DNA from: an uncultured Planctomycetaceae bacterium
Lineage (GTDB): Bacteria > Planctomycetota > Planctomycetia > Pirellulales > Thermoguttaceae
Assembly (NCBI GenBank): GCA_964354135.1
Contig: CAYGZA010000004.1
Location: 1,078-65,077, forward strand
Length of the DNA stretch: 64,000 nt
Direction of reading: 5' to 3'
Numbering within the stretch: the stretch's first letter is position 1; every line of letters starts with the position of its first letter. The position numbers and the translations under genes were made by a program. The notes under the pieces are model-generated. The model did no database searches, was not told the origin of the DNA, and was given only the letters and a program-made list of their open reading frames with translations. Below, in pieces: positions 15,861 to 25,275 of the stretch.

Positions 15861-18353
15861 ATGAGCCAGGTCGAACGGTCAGCGGGCATCGTGTTGCTGG
15901 TCTTGGCGTCGGCGTTGAACGCTGGTGCGGCGACTGCGCAGAAACGTTACTACGCCCACGAGGCGGTCGAGGATTCTCACGGCGTGATCGCCCCGTGGTA
16001 CCGGGGCCAGAACGGGCAGGTCGATTTCCGCGTACGAATCGCCGCCGAGTTTCTCAAGCGCTACCCCTGGGTCGGCACCGATCAGTGCGTGATGGCCGGG
16101 CCGCACTACATCTTCAATCCCCGCGTGGACCTGGACGACCGCGGCACGATCCGCGTCCTGCCGGCCAGCGACCAGATGAACGGGAACCTCGGCCAGCGGT
16201 TCAAGTACATCACGGAATCCCTCCCGCGCTACTACCGCTACAGCGGCGACCCGATGGTCTTCGGTCACCTGAAGATCGCCGCCGACTACCTGCTGGAAAA
16301 CTACCAGACGCCGGCGGACCATCCCTGGCCACGGTTTCCCATCAGCGTGCCGCTCGCGGGGAGGCCCTACGGCCGCGCCGCCCCGGGCGGCTGGATCCAG
16401 TTGGACCTTTCGGCGGGGATCGGGCTGGGGATGATCCGGGTCTATCAGATGACCGGCGACCGCCGCTACCTGGGGGCCGCCCAACACTGGGGCGACGTCT
16501 TTGCCGCCAAGTGCAACCACCAACCCGGGGCCAGACCCTGGGGCCGCTATGCCAACCCCCAGGACGTCCCTTGGGGTAACACGCCCAGCGGGAACATCCA
16601 GACCGGCGGCGTGGTCAGCATCCTCATCTTCCTCGACGAGCTCGTGCGCCTGGGCTACACCGGCCGCGACGGGGCGATCCTCAAGGCCCGCGACGCCGGC
16701 CGCGCGTACCTCCGCGACACGCTCCTGGGGGCCTGGCACGCCTGGGACACCTGGGGCCGGCACTACTGGGACTGGGAGCACCCGGTCCACGGGATCGTCA
16801 CGACCGGCTGGGTCTCACAATACTTGATGGACCACAAGGACGCCTTTCCGAATTGGCGGGGCGACGTCCGCAACATCCTCGGCATCTACCTGCACCACGC
16901 CTGCGTGAGCCCCCAGTCCAACGGCGACGTCTACAGCGGGGCCTGGGCCTTTCCGGAGGGGAGCTCCTGCTGCGGCCGGTCGCTGGATTTCTGCCCGGTG
17001 TTCTTGAGCCGCTACTGGGCCCGCTACGCGGTCGAGGCCCATGACGAGCGGGCCCGCGAGATCGCGCGGCGGATGATGATCCTCGGCACTTATCATTTCC
17101 GTGAGAGCGGCGTGGTCGAGGACAATATCGACGGCGGCCAGATCACGGCCCGCGAGTGGTCGGAGCTGATCGGCCTGGGCCCCATCCTCTGCGGCCTGGA
17201 GTTCATGGAGTGGCTCCCCGAGATCGCCGCTCCCAGCCGCGAGAATCACCTGGTGCGAAGCGGGGGCACCGTCACGTCGATTGTCTACGGGAAAGGGCGG
17301 ATCGAGTACACCGTGTTCGATGCCCCGGCGGGCGGCCTGGACGCGCTGCGCCTGGCGTTCCGGCCGACAAGGGTTTCGGCCGAGGGCACGCCGCTTTCCC
17401 TGCGAGCCGATCTGGCCCAGGACGGCCACACGCTGCGAGGACTGCCCGACGGCGACTGGATCGTCACCGTGCGGCACGACGGAATGAGGTCAGTCGTCGT
17501 GGAGGGGAACGACCCGCAAGAGGCGGCCGAGGTGAAAGGCCCAACCGTCGTCCATCGTTTCGACGGCAACCAGGCCCGGGTGATCGGCCGCGTGGACCCG
17601 GCGGGCGGGCTGGCCGACGTGTACCTCGACGGCGTCAAGCAGCTCGTGGGGGTCGACTGCTGGACGCCCGGTGCGGTACGGCAAGGGCGGGTGCTCTATT
17701 ATCGCAACGGGCTTCCCAATGGGCCGCACGAGTTGAGAGTCGTTGCCCGGGGGCAAAAGAACCCCTACGCGACCGGCACGAACGTCTTTGTCGATTCCGT
17801 CCAGTGGTCTGCCGCGACCGGCCGCCACGATTTCGGCTCCGGCGGCGGGCCGACCGGTGCCCAGCGGATGATCTTCGGCTATACGGGCCGCAAGCCCTAC
17901 GTGGACCCGACCGGCAAGGAGTGGCTGCCGGCCACGGAGTTTGTCATCCGCAGCGGCCACCACACCGACCCGGTGGCCCTGGCGTGGCGGACCAAGCCGG
18001 TCGAGAGGCCGATCGAAGGGACTCCTGACGCGGAGCTTTACCGCTACGGCGTCCGCGCCCCGGTGTTTTGGGCCAATCTGACGGTGGGCCCGGGCGCCTA
18101 TCGCGTCCGGCTGCGGCTGGCCGAGACCCGCGAGCCGAACGACCCGAAGCGCAAGCCGATGAACATAGCGATCAACGGTCAGGAGGTGGCCAAGGAGATC
18201 GACATTGCCGCCCGCGCGGGCGGATTCCATAAGGCCCTGGATCTGACCTTCGAGGGCATCCGGCCGAAGAATGGGATTATCGAGATCCGCTTCACCGGCA
18301 CCCAGGGCGGAGAGGCGATCCTGCAGGCCCTGGAGGTCGAGCCGAGCCGGTAG
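15861..18353 (+). CDS. secreted glycan-binding/processing protein with a C-terminal malectin-like domain
   Basis: 830-aa ORF with an N-terminal signal-like segment. The C-terminal 150 aa (YRVRLRLAETREPNDPKRKPMNIAINGQEVAKEIDIAARAGGFHKALDLTF) resemble malectin/di-glucose-binding domains. The N-terminal two-thirds are unassigned. Confidence 0.7.
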   Translation: MSQVERSAGIVLLVLASALNAGAATAQKRYYAHEAVEDSHGVIAPWYRGQNGQVDFRVRIAAEFLKRYPWVGTDQCVMAGPHYIFNPRVDLDDRGTIRVLPASDQMNGNLGQRFKYITESLPRYYRYSGDPMVFGHLKIAADYLLENYQTPADHPWPRFPISVPLAGRPYGRAAPGGWIQLDLSAGIGLGMIRVYQMTGDRRYLGAAQHWGDVFAAKCNHQPGARPWGRYANPQDVPWGNTPSGNIQTGGVVSILIFLDELVRLGYTGRDGAILKARDAGRAYLRDTLLGAWHAWDTWGRHYWDWEHPVHGIVTTGWVSQYLMDHKDAFPNWRGDVRNILGIYLHHACVSPQSNGDVYSGAWAFPEGSSCCGRSLDFCPVFLSRYWARYAVEAHDERAREIARRMMILGTYHFRESGVVEDNIDGGQITAREWSELIGLGPILCGLEFMEWLPEIAAPSRENHLVRSGGTVTSIVYGKGRIEYTVFDAPAGGLDALRLAFRPTRVSAEGTPLSLRADLAQDGHTLRGLPDGDWIVTVRHDGMRSVVVEGNDPQEAAEVKGPTVVHRFDGNQARVIGRVDPAGGLADVYLDGVKQLVGVDCWTPGAVRQGRVLYYRNGLPNGPHELRVVARGQKNPYATGTNVFVDSVQWSAATGRHDFGSGGGPTGAQRMIFGYTGRKPYVDPTGKEWLPATEFVIRSGHHTDPVALAWRTKPVERPIEGTPDAELYRYGVRAPVFWANLTVGPGAYRVRLRLAETREPNDPKRKPMNIAINGQEVAKEIDIAARAGGFHKALDLTFEGIRPKNGIIEIRFTGTQGGEAILQALEVEPSR

Positions 18354-18359
18354 GGTGGC

Positions 18360-18380
18360 ACGGCTGGCTTGCCCAGCCGT
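18360..18380 (+). terminator. GC hairpin 7 nt after the stop of 15861..18353 (ACGGCTGG-cttgc-CCAGCCGT)
   Basis: Perfect 8-bp stem with a 5-nt loop. No U-tract. Confidence 0.4.
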
Positions 18381-18561
18381 CGGAATCGGTCGCCCCAGAC
18401 GGGTTCTCGAGGGGAGCCGTCGTTGAAAAGCAGGGTTTCGGCAGTGACAATGGGGTTATGAGCCAAAGGGTGGACCTTCCTTGCTTCGGCCCACGCTCCA
18501 GTAACTGAACGGGTGTCTGTTCTCCCCTCGAAGGGCATCGAAACGCCACGGGGACGATCCT

Positions 18562-19299
18562 ATGAGCGCAAGCCTCTTCCGCAAGTGGCGTGGTTGGCTG
18601 GATCGCATTTACAGCGATCAGCTTGCAGACCTGTTAGTCAACCAACACATCTTTCGGCAGTTGGCCGAATGCACGCAGCGTTACGTTGGCACCCGCCATT
18701 CGGCGGACTTGGCTTATTGGATGAAGCAGGGTTACATCGCCTTTGCCGCGACCGCGGTGCGGCGCATGCTCGACGAACCGATGAAACCCTTGAAGCCAGT
18801 TCGCTGCGAGAAGTGTGGTCACGTCATGAAGAGGCCGAAGCCTAATGACAGCGTCTCATTGGTTGCGCTGCTGCGAGACCTTCAGCAACATGCCGGTCTA
18901 TTCACGCGAGAGTGGTATCGAAAGAGGTATCTCAAGAGGACTGTCAAAGAGTCGTGGCAAGTCGACAAGCTAACTACCTTCGCAGATCGCGACTTCGGCG
19001 TGATTACCGGACGAAGAGGACTTCAATCACTTTCGGCCGACCGGATCAAGCAGCACATTGACACTCTCGTAAAGGTTGCCCGCCCTGTGCGCCGGCTCGT
19101 CAACAAGGCAATCGCTCACACCGACGCTGACCGAAGGAGAATCGGGCGGCCCAAGTTCAACCAGTTGGATGCAGCCATTGAGGTCTTGGCAAGCACTTTC
19201 GAGCGATACTCGCTGCTCATCCGCGGAAGTTGCCTGAGCCCCTTGGTAGACTTTGACGCTTACAATGTGAAAGGTGACCTTCTCAAGATTTGGCCTTAA
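18562..19299 (+). CDS. orphan protein in a lower-G+C patch; AbiU2/HEPN-like features with a degenerate catalytic motif
   Basis: 245-aa ORF with non-GC-biased amino-acid composition. The layout ...AVRRMLDEP...SVSLVALLRDL...RRLVNKAIAHTD recalls the R[ND]KxxAHxD HEPN motif of AbiU2-type proteins, but Val sits where Arg is expected. Confidence 0.6.
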   Translation: MSASLFRKWRGWLDRIYSDQLADLLVNQHIFRQLAECTQRYVGTRHSADLAYWMKQGYIAFAATAVRRMLDEPMKPLKPVRCEKCGHVMKRPKPNDSVSLVALLRDLQQHAGLFTREWYRKRYLKRTVKESWQVDKLTTFADRDFGVITGRRGLQSLSADRIKQHIDTLVKVARPVRRLVNKAIAHTDADRRRIGRPKFNQLDAAIEVLASTFERYSLLIRGSCLSPLVDFDAYNVKGDLLKIWP

Positions 19300-19474
19300 C
19301 CGGTCACGTGGACATCGTTCGCAGGTGTCTGGTCACATACGCCGAAACAAAGGGTGTATTATATGGGTCCACTGGCGATCGGTGGCGCGATTCGGTAAAG
19401 TCTGTTGCTGAAAGGTGGTTCTGAGCAGCGTGCGCAGAGCACCTTAGCGTTTCGTTCTCATGGAATGCACTCTG

Positions 19475-20437
19475 ATGAATACTCGGTTTTCCAGACGTGA
19501 AGTGATCTTCTGCGCCGGCTTGGGCCTGGGAGCGCGGGTCGCTGGCGCTGCAGGTGGCGCCGACCCGGCCGCCAAGTCCGAGAAACTGCAAAGCGGTCTT
19601 GAGCCGTTCGGCTATTGCTTCAACACGGCGACGATCATGGGGCAGAAGCTGCCTCTGGACAAGGAGGCGGAAATCGCCGCCAAGGCCGGCTACTGCGGCT
19701 TCGAGCCTTGGGCCCGGAAGATCGAAGAGTACAAGAAGAACGGGGGATCGCTTTCCGACGTGAAGAGGCGGATCGCCGACCTCGGGCTCTCGGTGCAAGG
19801 CGCGATCGGCTTTGCCGATTGGATCAACGACGACGAGGCCAAACGCAAGGCCGGTCTGGAGCAGATGAAGCGCGACATGGACCTGGTGGCCCAGATCGGC
19901 GGCAAGCGGATCGGGGCCCCGCCCGGTGGCGCGTACAACGTCGTGGGCATGAGCCTGCTGGTGGCGGCCGAGCGGTATCGCAAGGTCCTGGAGCTTGGCC
20001 GCGAGACGGGCGTGGTCCCGGAGCTGGAGCTCTGGGGCCGCTCCAAAACCCTATCGCGATTAGGCGAGGTGGCGTTCGTGCTCGCCGAGGCCGCCCATCC
20101 GGACGCTTGCCCGCTCTTGGACGTCTTCCACATCTACCGCGGCGGCTCCGACTTTGCCGGCCTGCGGACGTTCAACGGGGCGGCGATGCACGTCTTCCAC
20201 ATGAACGACTATCCGGCCGACCCGCCGCGGGAGAAGACCGACGACTCCCACCGCGTCTACCCCGGCGACGGCGCGGCCCCCATGAGCCAGATCCTCCGCG
20301 ACCTGCGCGGGATCGGCTTCCGCGGGTGGCTCTCGTTGGAGCTCTTCAGCCGCAAGTATTGGGAACAGGACCCGTTGGTCGTGGCCCGCACCGGGCTGGA
20401 GAAGATGAAGGCCGCGGTCCGGAAGGCACTCGCTTGA
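19475..20437 (+). CDS. Tat-exported sugar phosphate isomerase/epimerase (xylose-isomerase-like TIM barrel)
   Basis: Start moved to ATG 19475, giving MNTRFSRREVIFCAGLGLGARVAGAAG (twin-arginine signal). The body has the typical AP-endonuclease-2/xylose-isomerase-like fold pattern (FEPW..., ELW..., LSLELF). Confidence 0.8.
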   Translation: MNTRFSRREVIFCAGLGLGARVAGAAGGADPAAKSEKLQSGLEPFGYCFNTATIMGQKLPLDKEAEIAAKAGYCGFEPWARKIEEYKKNGGSLSDVKRRIADLGLSVQGAIGFADWINDDEAKRKAGLEQMKRDMDLVAQIGGKRIGAPPGGAYNVVGMSLLVAAERYRKVLELGRETGVVPELELWGRSKTLSRLGEVAFVLAEAAHPDACPLLDVFHIYRGGSDFAGLRTFNGAAMHVFHMNDYPADPPREKTDDSHRVYPGDGAAPMSQILRDLRGIGFRGWLSLELFSRKYWEQDPLVVARTGLEKMKAAVRKALA

Positions 20438-20441
20438 CAGG

Positions 20442-23198
20442 TCAAGGATGGGCCGGGGGCCTCAGGGCCCGCATCACGCCCATTTCCAGGAGCTGCAAGT
20501 TCGCGTCCAGCGACAGCTCGTTGAGATAGAGGGTGCCCTTCGAGTCGACTTCGCGGGAGACCTGTCTCCACGGGTCTGCCATCCGCTCGTACTGGGCGCC
20601 GCAGTAGTTCCCCTCCGTCGCCTGGGCCCAGAAGCCGCACTGCACAATCCGGTCAAACAGCCGGCTGAAGAGCGGGTCGCCGGTCAATTCCCCCAGCCGC
20701 TTGAGGCAGTAGAGCTTGCGGTTGTGATAGGCGTAGTTCGAGTATTGCAGGTAGTGCAACTGCTCGGCGTGGCAGGCCTGCGTGGGGTTCTTGACCCAGC
20801 TCAACTGTTTCGGGCAGAGCATAAGGAAGGCAAAACAGGCGCTGGCGCGGGCACGGGCGAGGCACTCCGGCTCGTGGGTGCGTTCGTACTTGCCGAGCCA
20901 GTACTCCGCGACGCACCACACGCTGTCGGACTCGAAATCCTCGGGATACAGGTCGGGGTGCTGCCCCGTGTACCAGTAGCGCCCTTCGACCTTGGCCCGC
21001 AAGAAGGCCTCCAGCCGCTCGATCATCTTCCAGTACTTGACGTCGCCGGTGATCCGCGCAATGACCGGCAGCCCGGCCATCGTCCGGCCGGAGCAAACGG
21101 AGACCGACTTCCTGAGCGTCTTATAGTCCAGCTTCTGCGGCAGCCCGCCATCCGGGTTTTGCTGGGCGATTGCCCAATCCGCGGCCCGGACCGCCGCCTG
21201 GTGCCAGTCGCGGCGGTCAATCCCCTCGTTCTGCTTGAGCCGCTCCCAGGTGAGGAGCATGTAGCGGGCGGTGTGGACGTTCATGTCCACCTTGTAGCCG
21301 GGGTTGGTGCCGCGGTCGTCGCTGTTGAACGTCTTTGAGTCCAGCAAGTAGCAGGTGTGGATGTAACCGAAGAGCGGCGACTCGGGATCGGTCACTTGGG
21401 CCTTGAGCACGAAGTCCATCTGCTCGACGGCCCGCCGGCGCCACAGGGGGTCGCCCGTCTGCTCGTAAAGGAGGTACTCGAAATAGGCCGACTGCGGCGA
21501 GACGGGGATGTACACGGCGGGCCAAACGTCCTGGAGCTGGTAACCGATCCCCGGCTTCCACATGTTCGTCCCGCGGCGGCCCTTCATGTAGAGCTTCAGG
21601 GCCTCGTCCGGCGTGCGAACGGACATCGGCTGCACCTGGTAACGGTTCACCTCGATCCAATCGCGCACAAGCCCGGTGATGGCCTCGGTTGAACTACCGT
21701 CATCGCTCAGGAAGACCTGGAGCGGCAAACGGTAGTCGATGCCCGGCGAGAGCTTCCCGCCGCCCACGGAGTACTGCGGGGCCCGCAGGCCGCTTTGGAA
21801 ATGGAAGCCCGTGGCCCCGGTCCAACCCGTGGGATTCAAATAGTCCGAGGCGGGGTCGATCCCAAAGAGCGTCACCAGCGAGAGGTCCTGGCGGAAAACC
21901 AGAACCGCGGGCACGCCCACGCAGATCATCCGCTCCATCGCCACCGACGCGGAGTTGCCGGCAAACGGGTAGACCGTACACCGCCAATCGCGGCGGCCCG
22001 GCCCGTGATACGGCAGGCAGACCTCCCAGCCATCCAGGGGCTTGTCCACGGACCACCGCGGGGTGACGGCCGCACACCGGCGATCCGGCTTCAAGGCCAC
22101 TTCCGTCTCAAAGCGGAACGTCACTCCGTCGACCTGGCCTTGGCCGGCGAAGCGGGCCGTCCGCGCGTCGATCCGCCTCCCTTCGCTCGCCGGGAGCCAG
22201 CGCTCCTCATCGGTGTCGCGGTGCCGGAGCACGAGGATCCCGGAAATCACCGACGCGTCCACCGGCTTGTCGTGGAGGAAGACGGCTCCCAAAGCCCATC
22301 CCGCCGGACGGCGCTCGAAAACCCAGCGAAGCCCCGCGCCGCTTTCCAGCGCGAGCGACTCCAGCGGTCTCTCCGGGGTCGAAGTGGTAAGCATCAGCGG
22401 CGTGCGCGCCGCGGGCTCGGCCGCCTCGAAATGCGCCACGATGCGCTCGGGCGGGAGCGCTCGCGCGTAGATCGTCACTTCGGCGACGCTCCCGTCCAGG
22501 TACTTTCCCCCTTCGAGAAGCGTCTCCCCGCCGACCTGGATAGGGCGGCGGTTGGTGATCGGTCCGCCGCCATCGGTGGTCAAGGCCAGCAGTTGTCCGT
22601 CGACGTAGAGGGCACATTCCCCGGCCGTCGATCGGGTCCAGACCACGTGGTGCCAGTCTCCGTCGTTGAGCCGGCCGCGGGAAACGAGCTTGGCATCGTC
22701 CGCGGCCCCGGCCGGGCCGCTGGCGGCGATCAGCCGTCCCTGGTTGCGGCCTGCCGCGGCCGACCCGCCGACAATGCACCAGTCCGCCGAAGCCGCGCCG
22801 GCGGTCGCCTTGGTAATGAACGTGGCGCTGGCGGGCCAGTAGGGCTCGTCCAACTTCTGCGCGGTCTTGAACCAGAACTCGACCGAGATCGCGCTCGGGC
22901 TCAAGTCCTCCTGGTGCGGGATCTCGACGTAGCCGGTCTTGCCGTCGAATCTGGCCGCTCGGCGGCCAACGCCCGGCGGCCCGTCCTCAAGCGACACGCC
23001 ACCCCGGTACGCCCCCGGGTGCGAGCCGGTCTCATCCTTGGCCGACGAGTTCGGGCTGCTGTCCGGGTCCTGGAATCGCCACCAGGCCAATGGCCGATCC
23101 TGTTTCACCTGCCTGGCGTACTGGTCAGGCTCAACTGCCGGCACCGCCGTCGCCGACAGCGTCAAGACACACCAGCAAGAAAGCATTGCGTGCGACAT
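20442..23198 (-). CDS. secreted LamG/concanavalin-A-like lectin domain protein with a large C-terminal helical (alpha/alpha-toroid-like) domain
   Basis: 918-aa ORF with ATG at 23198. The N-terminal LamG pattern is FDGKTGYVEIPH...SVEFWFK...DGDWHHVVWT...LYVDG...GSVAEVTIYARAL. The C-terminal half is rich in W/Y helical repeats. Confidence 0.75.
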   Translation of the reverse strand: MSHAMLSCWCVLTLSATAVPAVEPDQYARQVKQDRPLAWWRFQDPDSSPNSSAKDETGSHPGAYRGGVSLEDGPPGVGRRAARFDGKTGYVEIPHQEDLSPSAISVEFWFKTAQKLDEPYWPASATFITKATAGAASADWCIVGGSAAAGRNQGRLIAASGPAGAADDAKLVSRGRLNDGDWHHVVWTRSTAGECALYVDGQLLALTTDGGGPITNRRPIQVGGETLLEGGKYLDGSVAEVTIYARALPPERIVAHFEAAEPAARTPLMLTTSTPERPLESLALESGAGLRWVFERRPAGWALGAVFLHDKPVDASVISGILVLRHRDTDEERWLPASEGRRIDARTARFAGQGQVDGVTFRFETEVALKPDRRCAAVTPRWSVDKPLDGWEVCLPYHGPGRRDWRCTVYPFAGNSASVAMERMICVGVPAVLVFRQDLSLVTLFGIDPASDYLNPTGWTGATGFHFQSGLRAPQYSVGGGKLSPGIDYRLPLQVFLSDDGSSTEAITGLVRDWIEVNRYQVQPMSVRTPDEALKLYMKGRRGTNMWKPGIGYQLQDVWPAVYIPVSPQSAYFEYLLYEQTGDPLWRRRAVEQMDFVLKAQVTDPESPLFGYIHTCYLLDSKTFNSDDRGTNPGYKVDMNVHTARYMLLTWERLKQNEGIDRRDWHQAAVRAADWAIAQQNPDGGLPQKLDYKTLRKSVSVCSGRTMAGLPVIARITGDVKYWKMIERLEAFLRAKVEGRYWYTGQHPDLYPEDFESDSVWCVAEYWLGKYERTHEPECLARARASACFAFLMLCPKQLSWVKNPTQACHAEQLHYLQYSNYAYHNRKLYCLKRLGELTGDPLFSRLFDRIVQCGFWAQATEGNYCGAQYERMADPWRQVSREVDSKGTLYLNELSLDANLQLLEMGVMRALRPPAHP

Positions 23199-23386
23199 AG
23201 AGTCTGTGGGGCCGCCCCTTGGTCGAGAACTCAGGGTACTGTGGAGTCGCCCGTCATTCTACCAGGGTACGGCGCCGTCGAGAGAGAGACCGGCCGCAGA
23301 GAGCGGGACAGAGACGGCTTGGGCGGCATGCCGTCACTCGCGCAGGCAGGGTCGGCATGTCCCGACATGCTCACCCGACGCTTCGC

Positions 23387-23458
23387 GTCGTGAGAGCATG
23401 CCACCCTGCCGTCGTGAGAGCATGCCACCCTGCCGTCGTGAGAGCATGCCACCCTGCC
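23387..23458. repeat. perfect tandem repeat, 3 x 24 bp (GTCGTGAGAGCATGCCACCCTGCC)
   Basis: Units at 23387..23410, 23411..23434 and 23435..23458 are identical. The array lies 13 nt beyond the stop of the last cluster gene and about 190 nt upstream of ATG 23198. The adjacent palindrome GCATGTCccGACATGC is at 23355..23370. Confidence 0.9.
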
Positions 23459-23470
23459 GTGCGATCCCGT

Positions 23471-24457
23471 CTAGGTCGCGGCCTTGGTGGGAAGGGGCTG
23501 CTCGGCGGCGGGCTCGCGCGGCACGACGCGGAAGTCGTACCGCAGCGTCCTGAGCAGCCGGGTGGCGACCGCTTCGGCGTCGAGGCCGAAGTGCTTGCGC
23601 AGGTAGTCCTGGTCGCCGACCACCTTGCAGAACGAGGGGGGAAGCCCGATGCGGCGGAAACGGACGTCCGGGATGTCCGCCTCGCAGAGGACCTCGGCCA
23701 CGGCACTGCCCAGCCCGCCGAGAATGCTGTGCTCTTCGAGGGTGACCACGAGGCCGGTCTCCCGGGCGGCGGCGAGGACCGCGTCGGTATCGAGCGGTTT
23801 GAGGGTGTGCATGCTCAAGACCCGGGTGCGGAAGCCCTGTTCGGCCAGGAGGTCGGCGGCGGAAAGCGCCGTGGCGAGCATCGCCCCGGTGGATATCAGG
23901 GTCAGGTGTTGCCCGCGGCGCGCGGTAATGGCCTTGCCGAGGGACCAGGGAACGGAAGGGTCGTGGACCACCGGTTCGCCGTCGCGGCCGAGGCGGAGGT
24001 AGAACGGGCCGGGAGTGTTCGCCGCGGCCCGGGTAGCGGCGGCGACTTCGATCGGGTCGCCGGGCGCCAGAACGGTCATTTCCGGCAGGGCCCGGAGGAT
24101 GGCCAGGTCCTCCGTGGCGTGGTGGGTCATGCCCAAGGCGCCGTAGGAGAGCCCGCCGCCGACGGCCACGACCACGACGTGGGCCCGGTGGTAGCAGACG
24201 TCGTTGCGGATCTGTTCGAGGCAGCGGAGCGTGGGGAAATTGGCGATCGAGTAGGTGAAGACGGTCTTTCCGGCCAGGGCCAGCCCGGCTGCAATCCCGG
24301 TGAGGTTCTGCTCGGCGACGCCCACGTTGAGGAACTGGTTGGGAAACCGCTTGGCATAATCGACCACCACGCCGAAGCCCAGATCGCCCACCAGGAGCAT
24401 GATCCGGGGATCGGCGGCGGCCAGATCGGTGAGCGTCTTGACGAACGTGGTCCTCAT
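23471..24457 (-). CDS. transketolase, C-terminal (pyrimidine-binding) subunit
   Basis: I trimmed track ORF 23471..24685 to ATG 24457 (MRTTFVKTLTDLAAADPRIMLLVGDLG...VGVAEQNLTGIAAGLA). Its start overlaps the stop of the N-terminal subunit as ATGA. Confidence 0.85.
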   Translation of the reverse strand: MRTTFVKTLTDLAAADPRIMLLVGDLGFGVVVDYAKRFPNQFLNVGVAEQNLTGIAAGLALAGKTVFTYSIANFPTLRCLEQIRNDVCYHRAHVVVVAVGGGLSYGALGMTHHATEDLAILRALPEMTVLAPGDPIEVAAATRAAANTPGPFYLRLGRDGEPVVHDPSVPWSLGKAITARRGQHLTLISTGAMLATALSAADLLAEQGFRTRVLSMHTLKPLDTDAVLAAARETGLVVTLEEHSILGGLGSAVAEVLCEADIPDVRFRRIGLPPSFCKVVGDQDYLRKHFGLDAEAVATRLLRTLRYDFRVVPREPAAEQPLPTKAAT

Positions 24458-25275
24458 GCTTGTGCTTCCAGTTCCTTGATGGCCGCTTCGTATTCCTCGC
24501 CTTGCGGGGTGCGGTAGTGCCAGAGGAGCTTGTCCTCCATGAAGCTGACGCCCTTGCCCTTGACGGTGTGGGCCAGGACGCAGCTCGGCTTGCCCGGCTC
24601 GAAGGGGACCTGGCGGAGGGTCTCTTGGATTATTTCGAGGTTGTGCCCGTCGATCTCGCGGACGGCCCAACGGCAGGCGGCCCACTTGGCGGCAAAGGGC
24701 TCCAGGTCCAACACGTCCTTGACGTAGCCGAGGCTTTGGATCTTGTTGTAGTCGACGATGACGATCAGGTTGTCGAGCTTATGGTGCGGGGCGAACAGGG
24801 CGGCCTCCCAGGTGGAGCCTTCGTCGCACTCGCCGTCGCTGAGGATCGTGAAGACGCGGTACGGCCGCCGGTCCAGCTTGCCGGCCAAGGCCAGCCCGCA
24901 GGCCATCGCCAGCCCGTGCCCCAAGGCCCCGGTAGAGACCTCGACGCCGGGAATTCCTTGCGCCGTGGCGTGGCCGGGCAACTTGGCCCCGTCGACGTAG
25001 AAGCTCTCCAGCCAGCTCAAGGGGAAATAGCCGCACTCCGCCAGCACCGCGTAGAGTCCCGCGCAGCCGTGGCCTTTGCTGAGGATCAGGCGGTCGCGGT
25101 CGGGATCGTCGAGCGTTTCCGGGCTGACCCGGAGGATGACCTGGTAGAGCACGGCGAGCAGCTCCGCCATGGAGAGCTACGAGCCCACGTGGGAGCTGCG
25201 GGCCCGATGGGTCATGCGCACGGAGTGCAGGCGGATCCGCCGCGCCAATTCGCGAAGGTCACAACTAGGCTCCAC
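24454..25275 (-). pseudogene. transketolase N-terminal (TPP-binding) subunit interrupted by an in-frame TAG at 25177..25179
   Basis: Reading from GTG 25275 (GGAG 7 nt upstream) gives VEPSCDLRELARRIRLHSVRMTHRARSSHVGS*LSMAELLAVLY.... Track ORFs 25177..25401 and 24454..25170 are in the same frame. The stop sits where the conserved H-x-G-S-S-LS motif expects Ser (TCG). Confidence 0.7.

Noticed and set aside
23387-23458. Possible CRISPR array.
   Set aside because: The three 24-bp units are directly abutting with no spacers, and there are no cas genes. It is a simple tandem repeat.
25177-25179. TAG as programmed recoding (pyrrolysine or read-through).
   Set aside because: No pyl genes or PYLIS-like context is visible, and other genes in the window use TAG as a stop (for example 8435..8437). 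A nonsense mutation or a base error is far more parsimonious.
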